64,000 bases of DNA from NCBI GenBank assembly GCA_965226495.1, contig OZ245365.1:4672001-4736000 (forward strand), in the 5' to 3' direction. A program made the translations under genes and the position numbers. Below, piece after piece: positions 16,621-28,150 of the stretch (the stretch's first letter is position 1; each line of letters begins with the position of its first letter). The stretch comes from Candidatus Marinacidobacterales bacterium (GTDB lineage: Bacteria; Acidobacteriota; Vicinamibacteria; Marinacidobacterales; DATDRI01). The notes beneath the pieces were generated by a model. That model had not been told where the DNA came from. It did not search any database and saw only the letters and a program-made list of their open reading frames with translations.

Positions 16621-18913
16621 TCTTTTCCTTCTTGCCCTCCATGTATTGCAGATAGCCCACACCGCCAAGATAGCGCCCCAAGTCTTCTGGGACTAGCGCG
16701 TCTTCCGGCGGCGGAGCGCCGGCCCGCAGGTGCTCTTGCTCCCGGAGCCAATGAAATATCTGTTGACGCCAAAATCCGGATAGGGCGCTTCGTTCGGAGG
16801 CTATGTTGACCTTTTCTCTTGGATCGCTCGAGCGATCGTAAAGCTCTTCTGCCCCGGTTCGACTGTCCCAGATAAACTTATCGCGGCGATCTTGAACCGA
16901 ATAGCGCGGCTTGTTCCACAACGTCCGTGAGAAGGCCGGGCGTGGAGGAAGACTCTCCCCGAACAGAAGCGGTACGACGCTCCGACCCTGCATTTCCTCT
17001 ACCGCAGGGCCCTCACCCAACCCGACCAACCCCAAGATAGTAGGCGCCAAATCAATGAGCTCCACGACTTGCGACACCTTGCGCGGCGCCACTCCCGGCA
17101 CACGCATCATGAGCGGCACCCGTACACTTTCGTCGTAGAGCTGTGTGTTGTGACCGATGAAACGGTGCTCGAACAAAGCCTCGCCATGATCGGCGGTCAG
17201 AACGACAATCGTGCGCTCGGAAAGCCTGAGCAAGTCCAACTCCTCGAGAATCATTCCGACGAGATGATCCGCGAAGGCCATGTTTCCATCGTAGAGGGCC
17301 CGGATCCGTGAGAGCACTTGGGCCGGCACTTCCTGGCCGCGAGCCGCGGCGTCGTTGTAGACGTCCACGTCTTTCCACTCGCTGAGCCCTTTTGGAAAAA
17401 GGTCGCCGGGACCGAAGCGCGTATCGAACGGCGGCGGCGGATCATAAGGAAAGTGAGGCTCCCGAAAATGCACGTAGGCGAAAAAACGCCGCTCGGCGTT
17501 TTCCTGCAACCAGCTCGAAAAAGATTGCAGCACCGAATCCCCGTGTCCGGTGTAGTCGTCGCGCTCCCGCGCCAGCTGGAACTCCTCGTATCCGCGATCC
17601 AACCCGAAGGTCGACGATACGACCGCGTTTCCAGAGAAGCCTGCGGTGGTGAAGCCGGAGAGTGTCAGAAGACCCGGCAACGTCACCGCAGACGAAGGAA
17701 GCCGATCGGCGAAGGAAACGCTCTGGTGCCTTTCCGGATACTGCCCCGTTAGCACCGAGCCAATTGACGCGATCGTGTAAACCGCTTGGCTTACGGCGCT
17801 TTCGAAAACGACACTCTGCGCGGCGAGTCTCTCGATCTCGGGCGTCGTTGGCTTATCATAACCGTAGGCACTCATGCGACCCGCGCTCGCGCCGTCGAGG
17901 ACGATCAGAAGGACATTGAGCTCTTCGGAGAGCTCGTCGGGGACTTGCGGGGGAGACGGAGCGAGGGACGCGTCGGCCGTATAAGTAAGGACCGGCCTCG
18001 CGAAGAGATCCGCCGACTCCGCCAGCAACGAAATCTCCACCCGTTCACCGCTCAAAGAATCGAGCGCCAGCTCGTGGCGGATAACTTCGCCTCTGGGAGC
18101 TGTCGCTTCTGCGAGTCCTTCTGTCTCGCTATGGCTATCCGCGGAGCGCACGTGAATACGAAGTCTCGCACCGGCGGGAGCCAAGAGGCGTTGAGGTTCG
18201 TGAGCCCCCACATCGACCGTGAGGCGGGCCTCCTCGGGAACTCGCAAGAAAAAAGAGAGTCGCCCCCCTGCCGGCAGGAAGACTCCGGGAGATTCCGAGT
18301 GAGGCTCGACCAAGGCGAAGGGGCCCGGCTTGCCCTCGACCGGCGGCGTCCCGAGTGGAGGCACATCGAAACGATAGAAGGCTACCGCGAGCTCACGGCG
18401 ATCCCGACCATCCCCGCCGGTGTCCCTTGGAGAGCGTGCGTAACGAAATCGAATCTGGACCGTGTTCTCTCCCTCGACCAGAGCAAGCTCGAGAGGATAG
18501 CGGCCCCTACCCTCGCGTAGGTGGAGAGTGGGTAGCACCCGACCGTTGTGAGCGATCTCGAGAACCTGGGCCGGTGCACCCTCGAAGCGATGGGGCTGAC
18601 ATTCGATCCAGGCCAGGCGCTCGCCCGCGGCGTCGCTCTCGAAACGAAAGGACGCTTGGTCGCCGACCGCCCAACGAAACGCGTTGCCGTCCGGCGCCGT
18701 CTCCCCAAAGGACCACCCGTCGCCGAGAAGTGGAATCGCAGAGGGCACGCCGAACTCGACGAGGATCCCCTCCCAGTCCTTCGAAGCCACGGGCGTCTCG
18801 CTAGCGAGAGCGAGGGTCGCGCGGTTCCCGTCATTCCCAACGGGGGGATCCTGGCAAGCGAAGCAAGCCAACCATGCCGCGACCCAGACCGCGTGGCGTC
18901 CGGGCTGGTTCAC
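16613..18913 (-). CDS. Sulfatase-like lipoprotein with N-terminal beta-sandwich region
   Basis: Lipobox-like ..CFAC; NVLLIVLD, TTPEI, EPHFPY, TADHGE, YLGGVGYL. Confidence 0.82.
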   Translation of the reverse strand: MNQPGRHAVWVAAWLACFACQDPPVGNDGNRATLALASETPVASKDWEGILVEFGVPSAIPLLGDGWSFGETAPDGNAFRWAVGDQASFRFESDAAGERLAWIECQPHRFEGAPAQVLEIAHNGRVLPTLHLREGRGRYPLELALVEGENTVQIRFRYARSPRDTGGDGRDRRELAVAFYRFDVPPLGTPPVEGKPGPFALVEPHSESPGVFLPAGGRLSFFLRVPEEARLTVDVGAHEPQRLLAPAGARLRIHVRSADSHSETEGLAEATAPRGEVIRHELALDSLSGERVEISLLAESADLFARPVLTYTADASLAPSPPQVPDELSEELNVLLIVLDGASAGRMSAYGYDKPTTPEIERLAAQSVVFESAVSQAVYTIASIGSVLTGQYPERHQSVSFADRLPSSAVTLPGLLTLSGFTTAGFSGNAVVSSTFGLDRGYEEFQLARERDDYTGHGDSVLQSFSSWLQENAERRFFAYVHFREPHFPYDPPPPFDTRFGPGDLFPKGLSEWKDVDVYNDAAARGQEVPAQVLSRIRALYDGNMAFADHLVGMILEELDLLRLSERTIVVLTADHGEALFEHRFIGHNTQLYDESVRVPLMMRVPGVAPRKVSQVVELIDLAPTILGLVGLGEGPAVEEMQGRSVVPLLFGESLPPRPAFSRTLWNKPRYSVQDRRDKFIWDSRTGAEELYDRSSDPREKVNIASERSALSGFWRQQIFHWLREQEHLRAGAPPPEDALVPEDLGRYLGGVGYLQYMEGKKEKND

Positions 18914-18916
18914 GGC

Positions 18917-19312
18917 TTATCGGACCTTGCTTCCAGGAGGAACGCTTTCGTCGAAGGTCGCGAGAACGGGTTTCCCGTCGGGGGGTTGTGCCGCGAGGAG
19001 CATGCCGTCGGATTCGACGCCCCGGAGGCGGACCGGCTTGAGGTTGGCCACCACGATAATCGTGCGGCCCACGAGCGATTCCGGTTGGTAGACCTCGGCG
19101 ATGCCGGCAACGAGTTGCCTCTTCTCGCTACCCAGATCCACGATGAGCTTCAAGAGTCGAGTCGCCCCGGGGATCGCCTCCGCTTCGAGCACCTTCGCTA
19201 CGCGAAGATCTAAACGACCGAACTCGTCAATTGAGATCTTCTCCTGGGAGACCTTCTCCGGCGACGCAGAGTCATTCTCCGCAGCTTTGTTATCGTCACT
19301 CGTTTCCGTCAT
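18917..19312 (-). CDS. Stand-alone tRNA-binding OB-fold (MetRS beta subunit/Trbp111/CsaA family)
   Basis: ISIDEFGRLDLRVAKV, RQLVAGI, VANLKPVRLRGVESDGMLLA. Confidence 0.88.
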   Translation of the reverse strand: MTETSDDNKAAENDSASPEKVSQEKISIDEFGRLDLRVAKVLEAEAIPGATRLLKLIVDLGSEKRQLVAGIAEVYQPESLVGRTIIVVANLKPVRLRGVESDGMLLAAQPPDGKPVLATFDESVPPGSKVR

Positions 19313-19330
19313 GAACTTGCCTCCGAGTCG

Positions 19331-20527
19331 TTACTTCTGAGCTCGCTTGCCCAAGTGGCGCCAGGCTGAAATTGCAGCGTGTTGCACTTCCTTGAGCGAA
19401 ACACGCTTTCGCGCCGCGATGCGTCGGCAGTCTTCGAACTCGGGTGCAACGTTCAGAACGCGGCCGCCGCTCAAGCCCAGCTTGACCGCTACCTTCCCAA
19501 AGCGCGTCGATACTTGAACGACCTTGCGCTCGAGCACCTGTCTCTCGACCTCGTGGCACCTCAGACCCAAAGTCGTGCTCTCGGCAAAAAGGATCGCCAC
19601 CATTTCTTGACGTAGAGACAACGGAGCGATGGCCGTTACGTTCACACCCGGCCGGCTCTTCTTCATCGTAGCCGGAGTCAGAAACACGTCGAGTGCGCCA
19701 GCCGCGAGCAGCCTTTCGAGGAGATAGCCGGCAAGCTCCGCGCTCATGTCGTCGATAGTGGCCTCCATGACGAGCACCGTCTGGTTGGCACCTCTCCTCT
19801 GTTCGGTTTCACCTAGGATGAGCCTTAGTGCATTGGGGCGTCCATCTCCAGGATCCTTCGTCCCCAATCCGTAGCCGATCTGTTTTACGGTCATCGCCGG
19901 CCAGGGACCGAATCGCCCGGCCAGCGACGTGACCAAAAGGGCCCCGGTGGGAGTGGTTCGCTCGAAGCTCGAGTCATCCGAAAAAACCGATGCGCCGCGG
20001 AGCAGCAGGGCCGTTGCCGGTGCCGGAACCGACATCCGTCCGTGCTCGATCACCAATTCTCCTCCGCCGACGTTTACCGGTGAGCTCTCCACCGTCTTGA
20101 TGTCGAGGAGCTCCAGACCGATGAGCGTACCGACCACGTCGATGAGAGTATCGAGCGAACCGAGCTCGTGAAGATGGATCTTGTCTATCCGCTTGCCATG
20201 AACCCGCGCCTCGGCGGCGTAGATGCGACGGATGAGCTCCAGTCCACGCTCCTTGAGCTCCGACGAGAGCCGGCTCGCCTCGATGATCTCGGAGAATTCA
20301 GAGAAATGACGGTGCCCTTTGTCTCCTGGCGTCAGGACTTGGACGCGAGTGCCCCGAATTCCTTGCCGTGTCGCCTTGGACGCCTTCAGCTGAAACCGGC
20401 CCATCCGAAGCTTCTTGAGCTCCGCGGTCAACGTCGCGAGCGGCAGACCGAGATCGACGAGCGCACCGAGAGTCATGTCACCGCTCACTCCGGCCGAGCA
20501 ATCGAAGTAGAGGATTCGCTCCGCCAT
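19331..20527 (-). CDS. larC: Nickel-pincer cofactor nickel insertase LarC
   Basis: YFDCSAGVSGDMTLGAL, AEARVHG, HELG, HG..VPAPAT, TPTGA, MKKSRPG, PEFEDC. Confidence 0.93.
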   Translation of the reverse strand: MAERILYFDCSAGVSGDMTLGALVDLGLPLATLTAELKKLRMGRFQLKASKATRQGIRGTRVQVLTPGDKGHRHFSEFSEIIEASRLSSELKERGLELIRRIYAAEARVHGKRIDKIHLHELGSLDTLIDVVGTLIGLELLDIKTVESSPVNVGGGELVIEHGRMSVPAPATALLLRGASVFSDDSSFERTTPTGALLVTSLAGRFGPWPAMTVKQIGYGLGTKDPGDGRPNALRLILGETEQRRGANQTVLVMEATIDDMSAELAGYLLERLLAAGALDVFLTPATMKKSRPGVNVTAIAPLSLRQEMVAILFAESTTLGLRCHEVERQVLERKVVQVSTRFGKVAVKLGLSGGRVLNVAPEFEDCRRIAARKRVSLKEVQHAAISAWRHLGKRAQK

Positions 20528-20530
20528 GCG

Positions 20531-20697
20531 CTAAGTGTCTCGTCTCGGAAGTGATGTTAGCATCGAGAGCGTCGAGGCGCCCGGATCGCAAGGCGCGGCG
20601 AGGGCGACATACCTGGTGTATTCAACCGAGCCGCAACGCAGGGAGGCGGGATGCATCGGCGCACGAATGCAACATGACCTCCGGGACGGGACACTAG
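20531..20697. mobile_element. MITE-like long hairpin element, copy A
   Basis: Imperfect terminal IRs CTAAGTGTCTCGTCTCGGAAGTGATGTTAGCAT and (revcomp) CTAGTGTCCCGTCCCGGAGGTCATGTTGCAT; right end coincides with the radC TAG. Confidence 0.75.
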
Positions 20698-21368
20698 AGG
20701 ATTCCTTTCTCTTTGAGACTCGTGTAACGGCCCTGTCCAAGAATCATATGGTCGAGAACTTCGATACCCATGATGCTGCCCGCCTTCTTGAGTCTTCGGG
20801 TCAGCTCGAGATCTTCCCGGGAGGGCGTGGGATCACCGGAGGGATGATTGTGAAACAGAATCAAACCCGCGGCCTGAAGTGACACCGCCTCCCTGAAGAC
20901 CTCGCGGGGGTGGACGAGGCTGCCGTTCAAGCTTCCACGAGAGATGACTGTGAGACGCTTCAAGCGGTTGCGCGTATCCAGTACCAGCACCCCGAACTCT
21001 TCCACCGGCTTCGCGCCGAATCGGGGCAAGAGATACCTCCCCGCGTCGTCTGGAGTCCGGAAGACAGGACGGCGCTCGGGCGGTTCGGCGACGGCGCGCC
21101 TTCCCAACTCGAGCGCCGCCATTAGACGAGCCGTGCGCGCCGATTTGAGTCCTCTCAATCTCGCTAAGCTGTCCGGGGTCGATCGGGCAAGCCCTTCCAG
21201 TCCGCCGGCAGAAGTCAATATCTGGTTGGCAAGCTCGAGCGCGGAGAGACTTCGAGTGCCGGTCCCCAGAACCACGGCCACGAGCTCATTGGTCCCGAGC
21301 ACTTCAGCGCCCCGTGCGAGGAGCTTTTCCCGCGGGCGATCTTCGGGAGCCAGGCCATTCATAATCAA
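20694..21368 (-). CDS. radC: RadC family JAB/MPN protein
   Basis: DRPREKL, VHPREVF, HNHPSGDPTPSRED, LDH. Confidence 0.95.
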   Translation of the reverse strand: MIMNGLAPEDRPREKLLARGAEVLGTNELVAVVLGTGTRSLSALELANQILTSAGGLEGLARSTPDSLARLRGLKSARTARLMAALELGRRAVAEPPERRPVFRTPDDAGRYLLPRFGAKPVEEFGVLVLDTRNRLKRLTVISRGSLNGSLVHPREVFREAVSLQAAGLILFHNHPSGDPTPSREDLELTRRLKKAGSIMGIEVLDHMILGQGRYTSLKEKGIL

Positions 21369-21384
21369 TCCTTCTATAACGATG

Positions 21385-22131
21385 TCAGGCGATCCCCGCC
21401 GCTTGCATGAGCTCCGGGAGACGAACCGCCGAGGGACCCAGCAGGGTCACATCGGCCATCGAGCTGATGGGTGTTTCTTCCATGTTGACTTCGATCACCA
21501 AGGCGCCGGCTTGCTTCGCCAACACCGGCAAGGAGGCCGCGGGATGGACCAAGGCCGAGGTCCCAACGACCAGTACCGCGTCACTGCTGGACATCGCGCT
21601 CACCGATCGACTGAGAGGCTCTTGAGGCAACATTTCTCCAAACCAAACCACGTCGGGCCGGAGCAAGCTGCCACAGGTACATCGCGGAGGGATCTCGGGC
21701 AAGGGCACCCGGAAATCCTCAGCGTTGTGCGAGCAGCTCGTGCAACGAAGCCGCCAAACGTTGCCGTGAAGCTCCTGCACGTTGCGGCTTCCCGCGGCAC
21801 GGTGCAGCCCGTCGACGTTCTGGGTCACGAGCGTGAACTCGTTCACGCTTTGCTCGAGTCTTACCAAGGCGTCGTGCCCGGCGTTCGGTTTGCAGACCGC
21901 CAACTTTTGTCGCCTCCAGTCATACCACTCCCAACTCATCTTGGGATCGCGCGCGAAGGCCTCCGGCGTGGCCAATTCCTCCGGCCGATGTGTCTTCCAT
22001 AGCCCCTGGGGCCCTCTAAAGGTCGGCACGCCGCTTTCGGCCGATACGCCGGCACCGGTCAATACGCTGACCCGCTCGGCGTCGGCGAGTTTCTTCGCCA
22101 ATTCCCGGACGCCTTGCTCATCGTGTTGCAC
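21385..22131 (-). CDS. cobB: NAD-dependent protein deacylase, class III sirtuin
   Basis: GAGVSAESGVPTFRG, WYDWRR (Tyr/Arg desuccinylase pair), TQNVDGLH, ELHG, RPDVVWFGE. Confidence 0.92.
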   Translation of the reverse strand: MQHDEQGVRELAKKLADAERVSVLTGAGVSAESGVPTFRGPQGLWKTHRPEELATPEAFARDPKMSWEWYDWRRQKLAVCKPNAGHDALVRLEQSVNEFTLVTQNVDGLHRAAGSRNVQELHGNVWRLRCTSCSHNAEDFRVPLPEIPPRCTCGSLLRPDVVWFGEMLPQEPLSRSVSAMSSSDAVLVVGTSALVHPAASLPVLAKQAGALVIEVNMEETPISSMADVTLLGPSAVRLPELMQAAGIA

Positions 22132-22412
22132 CGTCAGAGTTTATTCCACCGCCCCCGTCGAGGCAACGGAACTCTCCTAATAAGGACGAAAAACAAGCCT
22201 CACCTCCGCCTTAGAGCTGCGCTTCTGGCGCAATGAGCTGGAGTTAGCAAGGATCTCGCCTGGACAAGATTCTTTCCTCGGAGCTAAAACCGGAGATGCA
22301 GCGATTTCTCTCTATCGGTGCCTGGAACAAGAAAGGAGACATATCTCAAGAAAAATCGTCTCTATTCAGTGGCTGCGGACTCTTTTTTGAGTTGGTGCCA
22401 AGCGTGGTCCAT

Positions 22413-22447
22413 TTGACATCATGATGACATCACTATAACATCACGAT
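22413..22447 (+). promoter_or_regulatory. Sigma70 promoter with phased operator repeats for the second TA operon
   Basis: TTGACA(22413)-17 nt-TAACAT(22436)-6 nt-ATG; ACATCA at 22416, 22427, 22438. Confidence 0.78.
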
Positions 22448-22690
22448 ATGGTTCGCACTCAGATTTACTTGGCGAAATCACAGCACCGTGCCCTGCGCCG
22501 TGCTGCAGCCCGCGAAGGAGTCAGCATGACGGAGCTTTTACGCCGGATGATCGACCGGGACTTGCTGAGCAAACCCGGAAAGCCGGAATTCACGAAAGAA
22601 GCCGTCATTTCCTTCATTGGATTAGGAGAAAGCGGCCGCACCGATACTTCCGAGCGGCACGACGACGCACTCGACGAAGCCTTCCGATGA
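22448..22690 (+). CDS. RHH/CopG-family antitoxin
   Basis: MVRTQIYL...LRRAAAREGVSMTELLRRMID; C-terminal SERHDDAL. Confidence 0.87.
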   Translation: MVRTQIYLAKSQHRALRRAAAREGVSMTELLRRMIDRDLLSKPGKPEFTKEAVISFIGLGESGRTDTSERHDDALDEAFR

Positions 22691-23115
22691 GAAAGCTCTT
22701 CGTGGACACCGGTGCTTTCTACGCGATGGCGGACCGCTCCGATCGTCATCACCGGGAAGCGGCGAGGACCTTCCAAAGCCGGGCGGGCGAAGACGAGCTC
22801 ACTACCACGGACCACGTGTTTGTGGAGGCTTGGTTCTTGATCCGCGCGCGACTCGGCCGCCCGGCGGCGATGGGATTCTGGGACGCCATCGAAACGGGCT
22901 TGGTGACGATATTGGGTGTAACGGCGCGGGACTTATTGCGAGGCCACTGGATTGCACGTGAATGGGCCGATCAAGACTTCAGCATCGTCGACTGCACGAG
23001 CTTTGCGATCATGGAGCGTTTGGGCATCGACCAAGCCTTTGCATTCGATGTTCACTTTCGCGTGGTTCGGTTGGGATCCCGGCGCACCCACGCTCTGACG
23101 ATCCTGCCCGGTTGA
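22687..23115 (+). CDS. vapC: VapC-type PIN-domain toxin
   Basis: FVDTGAFYA, DRHH, FSIVDCTSFAIMERLG, AFDVHF; ATGA overlap with the antitoxin. Confidence 0.9.
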   Translation: MRKLFVDTGAFYAMADRSDRHHREAARTFQSRAGEDELTTTDHVFVEAWFLIRARLGRPAAMGFWDAIETGLVTILGVTARDLLRGHWIAREWADQDFSIVDCTSFAIMERLGIDQAFAFDVHFRVVRLGSRRTHALTILPG

Positions 23116-23247
23116 GATGGAATGCTGACAGTCTCCTCCAGACGAGATGGTCCGTCGTCTACCTTGAGGTTTTATCGGGCGTTTTAGCTCACCAGGTTCT
23201 GGCGCGCGCCACCAAAACTTAAAGCGGTAAATCAGAAGCCGGCGCTC

Positions 23248-24750
23248 CTAGAACTGGAGCTGCAGCGACTCCTCGAGCTCCTTTTCTGCGTGATCCTGCC
23301 CGTCGAAACCCAGTAGGCGCCGGGTTCCCCCCACCATCGTTTCGAGATGCACTGGGCGTGTCCACACCTTGTGGATGTTGCTCAGAACGTCTTGGGCGTA
23401 GTCGAGGCGCAAGTCGATGCCCTCGTGCCGATGGTAGAGAAATAGCTCTCCGCGATTTTCGTAGTTGGAGTCCACCACGTAGATGAAGGGATCGCCCATA
23501 TTGGTCAGCTGAAAAAGTAGCTTCTCCTTCACCTTCTGGTAATCACGGTCCAGGATCACATAGCGGCCGGTGGAGGAGTCATACCCGTAGTTGAACAGGC
23601 GATGCTCTTCACAGAACTCGGGAGTGAGAAACGTATCGATGAAAGAGATATCGTTGTAGATCTTCCGGACTTCGAATATTTTCTTCCTGCCGCCGCCGAG
23701 AGATGAGTCCCACTTTCGTTTAGCCTCGACGTCCGAGCACTCTTCATAATCTTTCCCGAATTTCCCTTTGTTCCATCGCTCTTCGATATCGCGAAATAGC
23801 TCGAGACCGAGCTTATACGGATTAATCACTCCGGGCCGTGTGCCTAGCGTCCCGGAATGATGATCGGCGTAGTCGATGACCTCGGAATCAGTTAGCTGGC
23901 GCTCGGTCATGATCTTCGAGTGCCAGTAGCTGGCCCAACCTTCGTTCATGATCTTGGTCATCCCCTGAGGCGCGAAGTAGTAGCTTTCGGCGCGCACGAT
24001 CGCGAGAAGATCCTGCTGCCAATCTTCCAGGGGTGCGTTCTCGATGAGGAAGAGCAAGATATCCCTCTCGGGGGACTCCGGATTGCGGCGTTTCCGCATC
24101 CGCTCGGCCTCGATTTGGTTCTTTTGTTGCTCCAGGAACTCCGCCGGGTTGATGTACTGATCCATGTACTCCTTGCTGCGGAGCTTAGGTACCGCGACTC
24201 GGTCTCCGGGAACGAACTCCTCTTGCGTCTCTTTCTCGCGGCGACGGATGTAGGGGGAGTGCTGATCGATGAGATTCTCCAGTGAGAGTATCGAGTCGAG
24301 GAACTCCTCGACCACCTCGTACCCGAACCGGTCGATATAGCGGCGGACCCGCGTCGCATGGTTTGCCATTCGGTCGATCATCTTACGGTTGGTGTGGCTG
24401 AACCACAGATTGTTCTTGAAGAAATCGCAGTGGCCGTATACGTGAGCGATGACCAGCTTTTGATCGGTCTCGCTGTTGCTCTTCATCAAGTAGGCGTAAC
24501 AAGGATCGTTGTTGATCACGAGCTCGTAAATCTTGGATAGACCGTACGTATAGCCTTTGGCGAGCTTTTCGTACTCCATTCCGAAGCGCCAGTGCGGATA
24601 TCGGGTGGGGAAGCCGAGATAGGCGGCGACCTCGTTCAGCTGGTCGTAGTCGACGAGCTCAAAGATAGTGTCGAAGAAATCGAGGCCATAGTTCTTGGCG
24701 TCTTCGTGGACTGACTGCCTGATGGCTTCGAGATTCGGTGGTAGATTCAT
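23248..24750 (-). CDS. SpoVR family protein
   Basis: GFPTRYPHWRFG, IYELVINNDPCYAYL, HVYGHCDFFKNN, TKIMNEGWASYWH. Confidence 0.95.
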   Translation of the reverse strand: MNLPPNLEAIRQSVHEDAKNYGLDFFDTIFELVDYDQLNEVAAYLGFPTRYPHWRFGMEYEKLAKGYTYGLSKIYELVINNDPCYAYLMKSNSETDQKLVIAHVYGHCDFFKNNLWFSHTNRKMIDRMANHATRVRRYIDRFGYEVVEEFLDSILSLENLIDQHSPYIRRREKETQEEFVPGDRVAVPKLRSKEYMDQYINPAEFLEQQKNQIEAERMRKRRNPESPERDILLFLIENAPLEDWQQDLLAIVRAESYYFAPQGMTKIMNEGWASYWHSKIMTERQLTDSEVIDYADHHSGTLGTRPGVINPYKLGLELFRDIEERWNKGKFGKDYEECSDVEAKRKWDSSLGGGRKKIFEVRKIYNDISFIDTFLTPEFCEEHRLFNYGYDSSTGRYVILDRDYQKVKEKLLFQLTNMGDPFIYVVDSNYENRGELFLYHRHEGIDLRLDYAQDVLSNIHKVWTRPVHLETMVGGTRRLLGFDGQDHAEKELEESLQLQF

Positions 24751-24765
24751 CTTGGCTCGCGCTTC

Positions 24766-25869
24766 CTAACGTCCTTTGCCGAGGAAGGCCTTGATGGAGT
24801 TGAAAATGTGCTCCCGACCTTCAATACGGGAAAGTCCCAGATTATCGGTGCCTTCGAACCGGTCGGCTAGCATATCGAGAAACTTCCCGCTCCCATACCG
24901 ACCCTCGACCTGTCCGTAGCAAAACAGATTCGCTCGCGGGAGGATGCGGTTGGTTATCAGGTCGACGCACAATTCATCGTCCCCGTCGGAGAGGTTGTCA
25001 CCGTCCGAAAAGTGAAAGAGGTAGACATTCCAATCGTCGAACGGAAAATGTTTTTGCATCATGTTGGCTGCCAGCTGGTAGGCGGAAGAGATTCGTGTGC
25101 CGCCCGACTCCCGCAAATGGTAGAAGACATCGGCATCGACTTCCTTGGCCTCCGTATCGTGAACAATGTACCGGCTTTCGATCCCTCGATACTGTGAGCG
25201 CAGCCACGTGTCGATCCAGAAGGATTCGATGCGCACGATCTCCTTCTGCTCGTCTTCCATCGACCCAGACACGTCCATCATATAGATGATCACCGCATTC
25301 GCTGTGGGTCCGGGCACTTTCTTGCGAGCCCGATAACGGAAATCTTCCCGGATGGGAACGATGACCGGCCGTTCCGGCGAGTAAGTTCCGGATGCGATCT
25401 GGCGTTTGAGGGCCTGCTTGTAAGTTCGTTTGAAGTGGCGCAGCGATTCGGGTCCCACCCGGTTGATGCCGACGTAGCGGTCTTCCTCTTGGATGATGTT
25501 CTTCTTGCCCCGAGGTTCGATGCGGGGAAGCTCTAATTCCTCGCCCAGGATCGTGGCCAATTCGGAAAGCTGAACGTCCACCTCGAGCAGATGCTCGCCA
25601 GGCATATCACCGGCCCCTTGGGCCCCCTCGCCGGGTGCCGCCCCAATCGGCGTGCCTGCCTCGCCCTCTCCCTGCCCCACACCGCCGGTGCTGCGGGGGT
25701 CGTAACGAAACGTGGGAATCTCGACTTGGGGAACGGGGATAGAAACGAAGTCCTTGCCGCGGCGGCCGATGAACTCCCCGCGGGTGATGTACTTTTTCAG
25801 ATTGCGGCGGATGGCGCCACGGACGATCTGCTTAAAGCGGTTTTGGTCGCGCTCGATGCTGAGGACCAT
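24766..25869 (-). CDS. DUF444 (YeaH/YhbH) vWA-like protein
   Basis: [32 protein letters not shown]. Confidence 0.93.
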   Translation of the reverse strand: MVLSIERDQNRFKQIVRGAIRRNLKKYITRGEFIGRRGKDFVSIPVPQVEIPTFRYDPRSTGGVGQGEGEAGTPIGAAPGEGAQGAGDMPGEHLLEVDVQLSELATILGEELELPRIEPRGKKNIIQEEDRYVGINRVGPESLRHFKRTYKQALKRQIASGTYSPERPVIVPIREDFRYRARKKVPGPTANAVIIYMMDVSGSMEDEQKEIVRIESFWIDTWLRSQYRGIESRYIVHDTEAKEVDADVFYHLRESGGTRISSAYQLAANMMQKHFPFDDWNVYLFHFSDGDNLSDGDDELCVDLITNRILPRANLFCYGQVEGRYGSGKFLDMLADRFEGTDNLGLSRIEGREHIFNSIKAFLGKGR

Positions 25870-25881
25870 TACAAGAGTGCC

Positions 25882-27945
<2,064 letters not shown>

Positions 27946-28012
27946 GAGGCTGTGACCTCCATGTTCAGATCGAAGTGGTCCGTCTCTACTGTTGAAAGGT
28001 TGCTTAGTATCT

Positions 28013-28041
28013 ATGATAGGAACGCAGAGCGGGATTGTCAA
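28013..28041 (-). promoter_or_regulatory. Sigma70 promoter of the prkA operon
   Basis: TTGACA-17 nt-TATCAT on the minus strand. Confidence 0.7.
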
Positions 28042-28150
28042 TTGAAACCAAGGGGATACGGCCGGCGTGGGGAGCGGGCGAATAAAGCCAACCGGCGCGG
28101 CTGAGGAATGCGCCGTCAGCCCACGCGAGAGCTAGAACTGATTGTCGCTG

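Noticed and set aside
23248-24750. Evidence for sporulation from SpoVR
   Set aside because: SpoVR/PrkA/DUF444 are widespread in non-sporulating bacteria.
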